From positions 736,001 through 800,000 of the forward strand of contig CAWAHW010000002.1 of the NCBI GenBank assembly GCA_963781885.1: DNA of 64,000 nt. Reading direction: 5' to 3'. Source of the stretch: an uncultured Spirochaetota bacterium (GTDB lineage Bacteria; Spirochaetota; Spirochaetia; SZUA-6; Fen-1364). Position numbers and translations under genes: made by a program. Below are positions 28,028 to 39,058 of the stretch, in pieces. The notes under the pieces were generated by a model, which saw only the letters and a list, made by a program, of their open reading frames with translations, searched no databases and was not told the origin of the DNA. Each line of letters opens with the position of its first letter. Positions within the stretch are counted from its first letter, which is position 1.

Positions 28028-28627
28028 TTAGTGGCTGCGGGCGATGCGGGTCTGCTCGGTGATGGTTTGCGATGACTCGCTGAGCTGGTCGCGTACCGTG
28101 GTGAGCTTTGCCTTCGCTTCGGCGAATGCCCCGGCGGCGATGTCTTTCTGGGCGTCCGCCACCGTGGCGCGCGCCTGGTCGGGAAGCTGCTGCAGCGGCG
28201 TGATGACGTCCATCTTGATCCGCGGCACCCGCTTCGCCGCCCACAGCCGGGACTCGAATGGCTGGATGGCAGCGGTCACGTCGTCGACGAGCGCGGAGGC
28301 TTCCAGGGCCACCTGCTGCTTCGACGTTGCGGCCGTCTCTCCCGCCGTGCGGGCGTCAGCGGCCGTCTGGTCGGCGAGGGTCCGCGCGAGATCGTAGTTG
28401 CGCGAGAGGGCGGATCGCTTCGCCTGCGCGGCAAGCTCCGCGTCCAGGGCGTCCATCCGGTCCTGCGCGGCGCGCAAGGCATCCGGGGCGTACGTGATGA
28501 CATCGGGATTCTGCAGGGCGGCGGCAAGCGCGGCTTTTGCCGCATCGATCTGGGCCTGCGGAGGCGCCGCGCAGGCGGCGAGCAGGAACGCAAGCAGGAC
28601 GGGGGCGAGCCACCGGGCTTTTTTCAT
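28028..28627 (-). CDS. Alanine-rich helical lipoprotein (DUF4398-like)
   Basis: Lipobox LAAC, then 'PPQAQIDAAKAAL...YAPD'. Confidence 0.7.
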   Translation of the reverse strand: MKKARWLAPVLLAFLLAACAAPPQAQIDAAKAALAAALQNPDVITYAPDALRAAQDRMDALDAELAAQAKRSALSRNYDLARTLADQTAADARTAGETAATSKQQVALEASALVDDVTAAIQPFESRLWAAKRVPRIKMDVITPLQQLPDQARATVADAQKDIAAGAFAEAKAKLTTVRDQLSESSQTITEQTRIARSH

Positions 28628-28863
28628 CGGTCGCGGAGTTCCTTTCGCGCACAGTGTGGGCATATCATCATTATCGGCATGCGCATCCGCAAAGCCATGG
28701 GGACTCTCGGCGGCGTGGATCGAGCCGAAGGAAAGCCGATTTTTTCCCCGGTGTCAAGGGACGACGTCCGCTTCGTTCTCCCGGGACCCGATCGCGCCGG
28801 GGGACGCGGGCTTTAAAAAGGGCGCCCGGCCGGTTATAATCTGAGCATAGTGAGGAGGAAGGG

Positions 28864-29844
28864 ATGAATGATATTCGGAGGAAAACAGCGCTGCTCGCGG
28901 TCGTGATCGCGCTCGCGGCAGGGGCCGTCTTCGCCCAGGGGCTTCTGCCGAGCAAGATCTGGATACTGACGATCAACGTGAACGTCCCCAACGCGTCGAT
29001 CTACGTCGACAACGCCCTGATCCAGGGCAATGCCGCGCGCGTGACGGGCGGTGTCCACAACATCAGAGTCCACGCGGACGGCTACACCGACGTCGCCCAG
29101 ACCGTCACGGTCAGGGACAATATGCAATTTGGCGTAAGGCTGAACCCGCTGCTCTACCCCGTCACCATCCGGGTGGCGGCGCCGAATGCAAGCGTGTTTC
29201 TGGACGGCAACAACGTCACCGGCTCGACCCCTTCCGTCATGACGGGATCGCACACGGTGCAGGTCACGGCGCCGGGATTCCAGGACTACAATACGGTCAT
29301 CAACGTTTCCGCCCCCGTCACCCTCGACATTCCGCTTCAGGCCGCGGGCTTCCTGCTCACCGTCAACTCGAACGTTCCTGACGCGACCGTCATCATCAAC
29401 AATCTCGCCAAGGGCGCGGTTCCCTATTCCGAGTACCTGCCCCCCGGCAGCTACACCGTGCGTGTTTCCGCCGCCGGGTATTACGACTACATCGCGAGCG
29501 TCGCGCTGGATCGGGCCATCACGATGACGGCGCCGCTGAAGCAGATGCCGCAGCCGGTCACCCAGCCCTCGACCCTGACGTTCGTCATCCCGCCCGTCTT
29601 CCGCGATCCCCAGATGCAGCCGGGCGACCCGACGGACGTCGTGCGGATCTACGTCGACAACCGGCTGGTCAATCCGAACAGAGAGCTCGCAAGGATCGCG
29701 ATCGCCCCCGGGCGCCATCGCATCCGCATCTCCTCGGGCTCCTTCTCCATGCAGCTGGGCGACATCACGGTTCAATCCGGCATGAGTTACATCATCGAGC
29801 TTGCGCTCGACATGAAGGTCAGGGCGGTCGCCTCCGACCAGTAA
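28864..29844 (+). CDS. PEGA domain protein
   Basis: Three repeats of 'PNASxYxD...G.H.VxVxAxGY'. Confidence 0.85.
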   Translation: MNDIRRKTALLAVVIALAAGAVFAQGLLPSKIWILTINVNVPNASIYVDNALIQGNAARVTGGVHNIRVHADGYTDVAQTVTVRDNMQFGVRLNPLLYPVTIRVAAPNASVFLDGNNVTGSTPSVMTGSHTVQVTAPGFQDYNTVINVSAPVTLDIPLQAAGFLLTVNSNVPDATVIINNLAKGAVPYSEYLPPGSYTVRVSAAGYYDYIASVALDRAITMTAPLKQMPQPVTQPSTLTFVIPPVFRDPQMQPGDPTDVVRIYVDNRLVNPNRELARIAIAPGRHRIRISSGSFSMQLGDITVQSGMSYIIELALDMKVRAVASDQ

Positions 29845-29971
29845 GCCTGCATTCCGCCACGGGGACATTCGTCCCCGTGGTTTTTTCGGCAAATATTCCT
29901 TTTCCGGTCAGAAATCTTGACAGCAGCTCCGGGCGACCTTACTATGGGCTTCTGAAAAAAGGAGGCCTTTC

Positions 29972-30862
29972 ATGCGTCGCATCCTCGTGCTTGCACTCTT
30001 CATCGTGCCCGCATCCATCGCCCTTGCCGACACCGCACAGGTCATCGCGCAGGCTGACGCGCTCGACCTGAAAGGCTCCTACGCGGAGGCACGCACGCTC
30101 GCACTCGACGCGGTCCCGGCTGCCGCGAACGCGAAAGAGCAGGCGGAGCTGTACTGGCGCGCGTCACGCGAGACACTCAACCTGGGCGACAACGCCGACG
30201 ATGCGAAAAAGCCGCAGGGCGACATCCTCGCACTGTTCACCGAGGGGGAAGGCTATGCCGACAAGGCAATCGCCGCCGATCCCCAGAACGACCTGGCTTA
30301 TTACTGGAAATCGTCCAATATCGGGCGCTGGGGGCAGACAAAAGGCATTCTCAATTCGCTCTTCAAGGCCGGGCCGATGAAGGATCTCCTCGTGAAGGAG
30401 CTCTCCCTCAACGTCAACCGCACCGATGCCTACTACGTGCTGGGGCAGCTCTACCGCGAGCTTCCGGGCTGGCCGGTATCCTTCGGCAACATCGACGCCG
30501 CCGTTTCCCTCGGACGCAAGTCGGTGGACCTGCGCGCCGCGCAGTTCCAGGCGGGCACGGCAAAGGAGCTCGTCTACAATTTCTCCAACGAGCTTGCGAA
30601 GACCCTCTGGAAGAGGAACTGGAGCGCCGACAAGAGGCTCGCCGAGCAGAAGAACAAGACGGAGAAGCTCGCTGCCGCGACGACCCCGCTGGACATGGGT
30701 TCATACTACGAGGCGAGCGTGACCTTGAAGAACATGTCCGATCGCGAAGAGGCGAAGGCGCTCGTGCAGGCGGTCGTGGCGGACTTGCAGAAGGTGGCGA
30801 ACCGCAACGCAGACCAGAACAAGGATCTGCAGAAAGCAGTCGACCTGCTCAAGGGGTGGTAG
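29972..30862 (+). CDS. Secreted TPR-like protein
   Basis: Signal peptide, TPR-like helices and 'LYRELPGWP.SFG'; TTGACA-N17-TACTAT promoter at 29917-29945. Confidence 0.7.
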   Translation: MRRILVLALFIVPASIALADTAQVIAQADALDLKGSYAEARTLALDAVPAAANAKEQAELYWRASRETLNLGDNADDAKKPQGDILALFTEGEGYADKAIAADPQNDLAYYWKSSNIGRWGQTKGILNSLFKAGPMKDLLVKELSLNVNRTDAYYVLGQLYRELPGWPVSFGNIDAAVSLGRKSVDLRAAQFQAGTAKELVYNFSNELAKTLWKRNWSADKRLAEQKNKTEKLAAATTPLDMGSYYEASVTLKNMSDREEAKALVQAVVADLQKVANRNADQNKDLQKAVDLLKGW

Positions 30863-32060
30863 GGGGTTTGCGCCGGCCTTCCCCTTTCATGAGGCTTGCC
30901 TTTGTGAGTGTTCCGTCTCCCATCTTCCGCTGGAGACGGAACACGGCCTCTTCCACCTTCTTCTTGCGCGCGAATCCGTCGGCAAAAAGCTCCAGCTGAT
31001 CCTGCGATTCCACCGGCGTCAGGTTGGAAAAGCCGATGCCGATGAGCCTGATCGGGGTGCCCCCCGTCCACCGGGAGTCCAGCAGCTCCCGTGCAACCGC
31101 GTAGAGCTCCTCCGTGGACGTCACCCAGTGCTTGATCGTCTTCTGCGCCGACAGCGTCGTGAAGTCGTGGTAGCGCAGCTTCAGCGCGACCGTCTTCGAT
31201 TTCCAGCTCCCCTCAAGCATCCGGAACATCACCTGGTGGCAGAGCTCCAGCAGCGTCCGCTCGATGCCCGCGCGGTCCTTGCGGTCGTGCTCGAATGTCG
31301 TCTCCGTGGAAAGCGACCTGCTGTGCGGCTCCTCTGCAAATATTCCCGGGTCGGCGCCGCGCGTGACGGAAGAGAGGAAGCCCGATGCGCCCTGTCCGAG
31401 CAGGCGCGCGAGCTGGGGCTGCGGCATGGCGCGAAGCTGCCGCACCGACGTGATGTTGAGCTCCGTGAGGCGCTGGAGCGTCTTTTCCCCGATGCCCCAG
31501 AGATCCGAAAGCTTGATGCCGTCCAGGAACTCCACGGCGTTCTCTTCCCGCACCTCGACGAGCCCGTCCGGCTTGCCGGAGTTCGTGGCGAGCTTCGCGA
31601 GGTACTTGTTCGGCCCGATGCCCACTGAAATCGCCAGGCCCGTCTTTTCCTTCACCTCCGCCTTGAGCCGCGCCCCGGTGTCCCGCGCGGGCCCGAAGAG
31701 CCTCTCCGTGCCGGAAAGATCGAGGAATGCCTCGTCCACGGAGATCTGCTGCATGTGGGGGGTGTACCCGGCGAGGATCTCCATGACCTGGCGGGAGACC
31801 TCGAGATAGCGCTCCATGCGCACGGGGAGGTAGGCACCCTGCGGGCAGCGCCGATAGGCCTGGCTGATGGGCATCGCCGAGTGGATGCCGAAACGGCGCG
31901 CCTCGTAGGAGCAGGCCGACACCACGCCGCGATGGCCCGGCGCCGCACCGACGATCACCGGCCTTCCCTTCAGGGAGGGGTCGTCGCGCTGCTCCACGGA
32001 GGCATAGAACGCATCCAGGTCGACGTGGAAGACGACGGGACGGACGGATGGGTCGCTCAC
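30849..32060 (-). CDS. dinB: DNA polymerase IV
   Basis: HVDLDAFYASVE, SYEARRFG, SVDEAFLD and LAKLA...KPDG. Confidence 0.95.
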   Translation of the reverse strand: MSDPSVRPVVFHVDLDAFYASVEQRDDPSLKGRPVIVGAAPGHRGVVSACSYEARRFGIHSAMPISQAYRRCPQGAYLPVRMERYLEVSRQVMEILAGYTPHMQQISVDEAFLDLSGTERLFGPARDTGARLKAEVKEKTGLAISVGIGPNKYLAKLATNSGKPDGLVEVREENAVEFLDGIKLSDLWGIGEKTLQRLTELNITSVRQLRAMPQPQLARLLGQGASGFLSSVTRGADPGIFAEEPHSRSLSTETTFEHDRKDRAGIERTLLELCHQVMFRMLEGSWKSKTVALKLRYHDFTTLSAQKTIKHWVTSTEELYAVARELLDSRWTGGTPIRLIGIGFSNLTPVESQDQLELFADGFARKKKVEEAVFRLQRKMGDGTLTKASLMKGEGRRKPPTTP

Positions 32061-34271
32061 GTCTTCAGGTCCAGGCCGTTGATCACGCGCACGCGCGTCG
32101 ACACGCGCAGGTCGGGACGCGTCCCGACGTCCACGCCGATGAGGGGGGAATCGAATTCCGCGGAAACGGAGAGCGTGAACTCGCCGCCCACGGGCAGCGT
32201 CAGCTGGAGCGCGAGCGGGTCCGGGGCAAAGGCTCCGACTTGCAGCCGGTATTCCCGGGGGCTCACCCGCACGGCGGGAAAGGAGCTGTCGTACAGGATG
32301 AAATCGCTCAGGGAGGTGAGGGTGACCTCAAAGAGCCTTGGTCGGAGGGGCATGCGCACGTCGAGCGTCACCGTCCGCTCCCCCAGGAACTGTCCCGAGG
32401 TGACGCTCACCTGGACCGGGGAGGCCGCAAGAGGCAGGGCGAGCGTTGCGCGGTTCGCATTCGACGGCACAGCAAGCCCTCCGTCCCCGTCGCTCACGGA
32501 AAGCTTCCCAAGCGGCGCGGCGCTTGCAAGAGAGAGATAGGTGGAGGTCGTGCGGCCCTGCGTGTCGACCACCAGCGTCTGGGTCGCCGTCACCTGCTGG
32601 GGGTGGGCCGGGGAAAACGGAGCGAAGGTCAGGAGATGCACGGCAAGCGCCGCCCCCGCGGCGAGGAAGACGCCCGCGATGACCAGCTCCCTTCTGCCGC
32701 GGCGGAGGATGCCCCTGCCCCGAAAGAGGAGCCCGACGCGCAGAAAGGCGAGCACGATGGGGAGGCATGCCCCCGCGACCAGGAGATTGCCCCACAGGGG
32801 GGAGAGCATCAGAAAACGGCAGAAGGGGAGCGCCGGTGCGAGGAAGACGGAGATCACCCCTTTCACGCCCCAGAACGGCGCGGGAAGGATGAAGAGCGTC
32901 TTCACCCATCGGTTGCGCATGAGGGTGGAGAGAAAGACGAAGAGGAAGGCCCAGAGGAAATAGAACGTGAAGGAGATGTCGAAGACCGCCACCACGACGA
33001 CGTTGACGAGCAGCACGAAAAGGGCGGCGGCGGCATAGAAGCTTCCGCTGCGCGCGATGCGCAGCCGCCGGAGCGGGATGTACAGGATGGCGGCGAGAAA
33101 GGCCGCCGTGCAGATTTTCAGCGCGAGGAAGGGAAGCGGCACGAGCGTCCACAGGTCGGGGAAGCCCCGCAGGGAGAGCACGCCCTCCAGGACGTAGGTT
33201 CCCGCCGCGAGGAACGCGAACGGGAAGGCGACGGCCGGCACCAGCACGAGGATGTGGCGGACCAGGGTTCGCGTGTACTTTTTCAAGCCCCTTCGGAAAA
33301 GCTGTGCGTAGAGAAGGACAACGGCAAAGACGGCGCAGATCAGAAGCACGTACTCCTGCTCCCCGATGATGACGGAGAAGCCGCCCACCTGGGCCTCGAG
33401 GTAGTGCAGGTCCCAATCCTCGGGGATGCCGGAGACGCCGTCCCGCACCAGCGCCCGCAGGAAAGAGGCGAGCGTTGCAAGCCTCTGGTCCGCCGGGCAG
33501 GGTGTCGGTCCCGCCGTATTCGCCCTCGATGCCCACCGACGGATAGCCCGCTTTCAGCCAGGGCTCGATGAGGGTCCTTTCATCGGTGGCGCCGATGCGG
33601 AAGATCTGCGTTTCCTCGCCGGGCAGAAGGAAGGGGACACGCGCCTCCCGCAGCGCATCCACCGACCTGTTCATCAGCCAGTACGGGCTCACGATGCCTC
33701 TCCCGCCTCCCCTCACGATGACCCGGGAAGGCACGGCGTGGAGATTCAGGTAGACCACCGCCGCCCGGTAGTTGGGCTGGAAGTCGCGCAGGAACAGGTT
33801 GCTCCCCATCGGGTATGCGTCCGTGTCCCCGTATTCGGCTCCCAGGAAGAGCACGGTGACGCCCGTCGGCGGCGTGCTGCCCTGGAGGCTCTCGATGAGG
33901 TTCACGGCGATCGCCACGGCCACGGACCCGTCGGCAGCGGCATCGGCGTCGGGCGGCGCGTCCAACGGCACCGCCACGATCAGGGTGTCGCGCGAAGCGC
34001 CGGGCAGGTCGACCCGGAGGCACGTGGAGAAGGAATGCCCGGCTTCCGCCTGGCTGAAGTCGAACCGGGCGGACGTGATGCCCCGGGCGCCGAGGCTCTG
34101 CTCGATCCACGCGAGCAGGGCACGCTCCGCCATCGAGCCTTCCTGCCGCGGGGCAAACGCGGCAACGGCGCGCAGCGTGTCTTCCAGGGAGGCGGCAGGC
34201 GCCGTCGCGGTCGCCTCGGCGTGGAGGGGAGCCGCGGCGAGCAGGCACGCGAGCAGGAGCGCCACGATCAT
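32057..34271 (-). CDS. M28-peptidase-like domain plus multi-TM membrane protein, +1 frameshift at ~33496
   Basis: Signal peptide and 'VLFLGAEY...MGS' peptidase-fold segment; the TM region continues in the 32057..33448 frame. Confidence 0.6.
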
Positions 34272-34367
34272 GGTGGGCCCAGCATAGGAGAAGCCCTGCC
34301 GGCCGTCAATCGCGGCGGCCGAATCTTGAATTGCGCAGGTGATTTCATTACTCTCTTGATCGAAGCC

Positions 34368-34877
34368 ATGGAAGTCATGCCGGAGATCGTCCAGCGCCGC
34401 AGTGTGCGATCGTTCACCTCCCAGCCTGTCGAAAAGGAACAGATAGAGCGCATCATCGAAGCCGGTCGGCTCGCCCCGTCCGCCAAGAACAGGCAGGAAT
34501 GGCGCTTCATCTACATCCAGAAGAAAGAGACCCGGCAGAAGATGATGGAGGCCGCATTCAGCCAGGATTACGTGGGCCAGGCCCCCCTCATCATTGCCGT
34601 GTGCACGACGAATATCGACTACCGCATGCCCAACGGCCAGGCGTCATACCCCATCGATCTTGCTTTTGCCGCTTCCCATATGGTGCTGCAGGCCGTCCAC
34701 GAGGGACTGGGGACCTGCTGCATCACGACCTTCGACGAGCAGGAGGTGCGGGAGGTGCTCACCGCCCCCTTCTCCATGCGCATCGTGCTGCTCATCCTCG
34801 TCGGCTACGCGAATGAAGTGCCCGAACCGACGCCGCGGAAATCGCTGAAGCTCATCTCCGGAAAGGACCACTGGTAG
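34368..34877 (+). CDS. Nitroreductase family protein
   Basis: RRSVRSF, APSAKNRQEW and GLGTC motifs. Confidence 0.92.
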   Translation: MEVMPEIVQRRSVRSFTSQPVEKEQIERIIEAGRLAPSAKNRQEWRFIYIQKKETRQKMMEAAFSQDYVGQAPLIIAVCTTNIDYRMPNGQASYPIDLAFAASHMVLQAVHEGLGTCCITTFDEQEVREVLTAPFSMRIVLLILVGYANEVPEPTPRKSLKLISGKDHW

Positions 34878-34938
34878 GGGGCGGCGCGCCGACCGCGTGC
34901 CTTTCACCGCGCTCCGCCAGCGAAACAATGCATCGACG

Positions 34939-35280
34939 CTAGACCCCGTTGCCGCTGTAGTACGCCACGAGCTTCTCGAATGATGAAAGCGCGGCCGGGT
35001 CATCGAATTGCTCGATCTGGGCGCCCAGGGCAAACCAGATTGCATCCTGCTTCAGCCAACGCACCCGCAGCGTGATCGGAAAGGGCGTGATGCTCGGATC
35101 GTGCTCCGCGATCACGCGCAGCGTGATGACGTCTCCGACGGCGGCGGGCACCGGTTGCATGAAAGCCACCTGGCAGCCGGTCCGGCTCAGGTCCCGGATG
35201 TAGCCGGGGGCGGGAGGCGTGAGCAGTATCGCCTTGGCGTAGCTGGAGACGCGGGGGTCTTTGCGCTGCTCAGTTCCCAT
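34939..35280 (-). CDS. PilZ domain protein
   Basis: RxxxR (QRKDPR) and DxSxxG (DLSRTG) c-di-GMP-binding motifs. Confidence 0.85.
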   Translation of the reverse strand: MGTEQRKDPRVSSYAKAILLTPPAPGYIRDLSRTGCQVAFMQPVPAAVGDVITLRVIAEHDPSITPFPITLRVRWLKQDAIWFALGAQIEQFDDPAALSSFEKLVAYYSGNGV

Positions 35281-35872
35281 TGCCTGCCTCCGCCGCGCTT
35301 GCTCCGCGCGTGTCCCCGGCCGTGCTCACGGCGAGCGTGATGAGCGTCCCGGCCGTCTTGCCCGGATGGAAGCTCATGGGCCGATCCCGCTCGTCCAGGA
35401 AAACGAGTCGGAACTCGTCGAATGTCTTCCGCGCGACATAGATCCCCATTCCGAAGCGCTTGTACTCGTGCTGCTTCTGGTAGGCATCGAAGGACGCGGA
35501 GTGAAGGTCGAGCGTCCGCGGGTCGGTTGACAGGTCGTAGGGCAGATTCTTCGTGTCGAAGCCGCCGCCGAAGTCCCGCACGGAGACCATGAACCGGCCG
35601 TCGAGCGCGCTCAGGTCGATCCAGATGTCGCGCGATTCCCCTTTTTCCCGGTGGGCGCGGATGGAATTGTTGAGGAGCTCCAGGATGGCGAACCGGATGT
35701 GCTCGGTGCTCACCCGTGACGGGGGGATGACGATGGCGTCGAGGATGCGGATGACCTCACGGAAGTCCGCATGGGGGTCGATGGACAGACGAATGGTCCT
35801 GCTCTGCAGACCGTTCATCTTGAGTGCGGGCGCGGGTTCCATGTCGTCCGTCTCTTTTCCTCTCTCCGACAT
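35270..35872 (-). CDS. HATPase_c protein (anti-sigma/RsbW-like)
   Basis: ELLNNSIRAH (N box), VRDFGGGF (G1) and GMGIY (G2). Confidence 0.8.
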   Translation of the reverse strand: MSERGKETDDMEPAPALKMNGLQSRTIRLSIDPHADFREVIRILDAIVIPPSRVSTEHIRFAILELLNNSIRAHREKGESRDIWIDLSALDGRFMVSVRDFGGGFDTKNLPYDLSTDPRTLDLHSASFDAYQKQHEYKRFGMGIYVARKTFDEFRLVFLDERDRPMSFHPGKTAGTLITLAVSTAGDTRGASAAEAGNGN

Positions 35873-35889
35873 TCGTGGATACTGCGGGA

Positions 35890-38800
35890 ATGGTATATGT
35901 TATCGCGGAGTTGCGCAATTACCGGCAGCTCGTGCGCCTGAGGGCGAAAGACCTCGCGAGCCTGGAGGGGTCGCTCCTTGCCGCCCTTGACACGCACCTC
36001 GCCCGGCCCGCGGCCGCGGGTCCAGGCGTCTGGACGGCCGCGGTGGGGCAGGAAGCCGAGATGGACCCTGCGTCCGCCGCCCTCGGCGCGGCCCGGATAC
36101 GCGACCTTCTTCTTTCCCTCCGCGGGCAGCTCTTCGGCTTCGCGGTGCTGATCGCGGCCCTTGATGCCGATACACCCCCTTCCTCGGCCCTCCGCGGTCT
36201 GCTCGACGCGGCGGAGGAGGACGAGCAGCTCTGGATCGCGCGCGGGTGCGCGGAGCTTTTCGCGGATGCACTCGCCTGGGAGGCCGGCGGCGCCGTCTGC
36301 AAGGTGACGGGTCTGCGCCGGCCGGCGCCGCGCGAGGAGACGCAGCCGGACGCGCCGCGGCCCTGGGTGCGGGAGGCGCTGGTGGACCGCGCGCTTGACC
36401 TCATGAGCGGCAGGATCAACAGCGGCGAATCGCACGACGTCCTCTGGGTGCGGGGACCTCGCGGCGTGGGAACGACGGACCTCGTAGGGGAGATCGCCGC
36501 GCGGCTGCAACGCGACCCCGACACGCCGTGGCTGCGCATGCGCACGATATTCAAGAGGCGCTCGCCCCTGCATCCCTTCCTGCCGACGCTTCTCCCCGGT
36601 CTCATCGACGCCGTGCCGGATTCGCTGCGCGGTCCCGAGAGGGAGGTCTGGTCCGACGTCGGGGGGCTGCTCGCCTGGCTGCAGGACCCTGCCGGCCGGG
36701 AATCCCGGGGCGTGATACGGCCGCTACCCGATCACATCCTGGAGGACTTCTGTCTCGGTTACAGGCTGTACCTCCTGGCCTGGATACGCGCGGCGGAAAG
36801 GACCCTGGCTCCCGCGATCTTCGTCTGTGAAGGCATCGACGCGTATCATCCGGCCGCCCGCAGGATCGTGGGCCAGCTCATCGACGAGCTGCTTGCGCGC
36901 CCGGGTTTCCTTCCCGTCGTGACCACGTCTTCCGTGCGGGCCCCCGACGAGATCGCCGGGCTCTCCCTCGTGCCTTTCCACGTGCATCCGCTGGGCAAGC
37001 GCGAGATACGGTCCCTTGCGCGGCATGTCTTTCCGGGTCTTGCGGTTCCCGCCTCTCTCGCGCGGATCCTCCATCATCGATCCGGCGGGCTTTCCGTTTC
37101 CGTCGTCTCCTACCTCCACTACCTTGCAAAGACCGGGCGCATTGTCGCCCGCGGCGACGGCTTCGCCTGGGTGCAGGACGCGCAGGAGACGCTCGTCATC
37201 CCCGCCAACCCCCTCTCGGTGTCCTGGTTCCTCATCCGGGACCTGCGTTCGGACACCTTTCTCTTTCTCTACGCCCTCTACCTTGCGGCCGGTCTGCTCG
37301 ACCGGCACGGCTTCCAGGACTTCCTGGCCGAGGCGGGCTTCGACGCGGCGACGATTTCCCGGTCCTTTTCCGATCTGGCAGCCTCCGGTCTCATGGCCGA
37401 CGAGCCCGAGCTCATCCCGCTTTTCCCCGCCCTGCGCCGCAAGCTGGAAGAGCTGCTGGGGAGGGAAGGCGTGAGCCTGCGCGAGCGTTTCATCGCCCAC
37501 ATGTTCGCGCTCTGGACCGGCGGACGTTACCGTCACCCCGTGCTCCTCTTCACGTTTCTCGCGCGCAACGGGAGGACCGACCTTGCGCTGCGGATCCTGC
37601 CCGACATCATCCGCCGCAAGCTCGACGAGTGCGATCCCGCCGGCGCCGTTGTCTTCTGCGACCTGCGCTCGCTCGACTTCGCGGTGCCGCCCACCCCGGA
37701 GCAGGCGCGCGAGCTCGCCGCCGTCGTGGCGCTGGGACGCCTGCGCGCCGCGCTGATGCGCCAGGATGCACCCGCTGCCGAGGCGGCGCAGGCCGAGGCC
37801 CGCAAGTGGGCTTCCACCGATGCGCCGGTCCCCCTGCGCGGGGAGGTGGGCGTCGAGCGGGCGAAATATTTTCTCTCCACCGGCAACTCCGGCGCCGCGC
37901 TGGAAGAATTGAAGAAGGGCCTTCTCCTGAGCCAGGAGTCGCGGAGCGACGCGGCGGACTCCGCGGGGGCGGAGAAGGGCGATCGGCCGTTCTATCTCTG
38001 GCTGGGTGCCACGATGCTCGCCGAGGGACGGCTGGGCGAAGCGGTGGAATACCTCGGGATGTCACAGAGATTGTGCCAGGAGGCCGACGACGCCCCGGGG
38101 CTGCTCTGGACCCTCGTGTACCTGGCGGACAGCTGCTTCATCGCGGGACGCTACACCCAGTGCTTCACCGTACTCGAGCAGGGATTGCGCAAGGCGCACG
38201 CCCTCTACCGCCGCGAGGTGGAGCTCTTCCTGGAGTTCCTGCGCGCGCGCGTGCTCTTCCAGGTCGGCTCCTATGAAGAGTGCTCGCTGTGCCTCCAGGC
38301 CTGTCTCTGCCTCGCCACCCTGTACGGCCGCGACGATGCGCTTCCCGTCCTGCGCGCGTGGCTGGGACGCACGCTTCTGCACCAGGGTGAGTCGGCGTCC
38401 GGCACGCGTCTCCTGGAGAGCCTTTCGCGGCAGACGAAAGAGGTCCTCCTTTTCCAGGCGGAGGGCTGCCTTTTCTCCGGCAACCTCGAAAATGCCTCCC
38501 TCTATGTCGAGCGCGGGCTCGGGCTTTCCGCGGCATCGCGCTTTCCGGCGCCGGAGGGCGTCCACTGGCAGGATGGCTTTGCCTGCGCGGAAGGCCGCTG
38601 CTTCCGTCTCAGCAGGGGGGACGCGTACCTGCGGCGCACCCTGGGCGGGCTTCGCGCCTATCTTCTCGGTCTGCGCGGTTTTCGCGAGGAGGCGATACGC
38701 GAGCTGCGGCAGCTCACCCGCGGTGAGAAGGCCGTGGAGGAGGATCCCGGCGTTTTCGTCCTGAACTACCTCTACTCGCAGGTCCTGCCCGAGGCCGGCG

Positions 38801-38964
38801 CGGACGAGGTGGACGACAAGGTCACCGTCCTCAGCAAGAGCCTGAAGAGCCTCCAGGAACGCGCTTCGCGCATCGACGCCCCAGCCGAACGAAGCTCCTT
38901 TCTCTGGCGCAATCGATGGAACCGCATGATCATGGACGAGGCGCGCGAAAGAAAGCTCGTGTGA
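35890..38964 (+). CDS. Large degenerate P-loop plus TPR protein
   Basis: ~1020 aa with GPRGVGTT P-loop-like motif and TPR-like C-terminal half. Confidence 0.7.
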   Translation: MVYVIAELRNYRQLVRLRAKDLASLEGSLLAALDTHLARPAAAGPGVWTAAVGQEAEMDPASAALGAARIRDLLLSLRGQLFGFAVLIAALDADTPPSSALRGLLDAAEEDEQLWIARGCAELFADALAWEAGGAVCKVTGLRRPAPREETQPDAPRPWVREALVDRALDLMSGRINSGESHDVLWVRGPRGVGTTDLVGEIAARLQRDPDTPWLRMRTIFKRRSPLHPFLPTLLPGLIDAVPDSLRGPEREVWSDVGGLLAWLQDPAGRESRGVIRPLPDHILEDFCLGYRLYLLAWIRAAERTLAPAIFVCEGIDAYHPAARRIVGQLIDELLARPGFLPVVTTSSVRAPDEIAGLSLVPFHVHPLGKREIRSLARHVFPGLAVPASLARILHHRSGGLSVSVVSYLHYLAKTGRIVARGDGFAWVQDAQETLVIPANPLSVSWFLIRDLRSDTFLFLYALYLAAGLLDRHGFQDFLAEAGFDAATISRSFSDLAASGLMADEPELIPLFPALRRKLEELLGREGVSLRERFIAHMFALWTGGRYRHPVLLFTFLARNGRTDLALRILPDIIRRKLDECDPAGAVVFCDLRSLDFAVPPTPEQARELAAVVALGRLRAALMRQDAPAAEAAQAEARKWASTDAPVPLRGEVGVERAKYFLSTGNSGAALEELKKGLLLSQESRSDAADSAGAEKGDRPFYLWLGATMLAEGRLGEAVEYLGMSQRLCQEADDAPGLLWTLVYLADSCFIAGRYTQCFTVLEQGLRKAHALYRREVELFLEFLRARVLFQVGSYEECSLCLQACLCLATLYGRDDALPVLRAWLGRTLLHQGESASGTRLLESLSRQTKEVLLFQAEGCLFSGNLENASLYVERGLGLSAASRFPAPEGVHWQDGFACAEGRCFRLSRGDAYLRRTLGGLRAYLLGLRGFREEAIRELRQLTRGEKAVEEDPGVFVLNYLYSQVLPEAGADEVDDKVTVLSKSLKSLQERASRIDAPAERSSFLWRNRWNRMIMDEARERKLV

Positions 38965-39058
38965 CACGTTTTTCCGTCCGTGGGGTTACAGCCATCGTGA
39001 TGGCGCCCCTCACTCTTGACTCGCGTGGCGAAAATCGGGACTTTCTTCTGGAAAGCCA

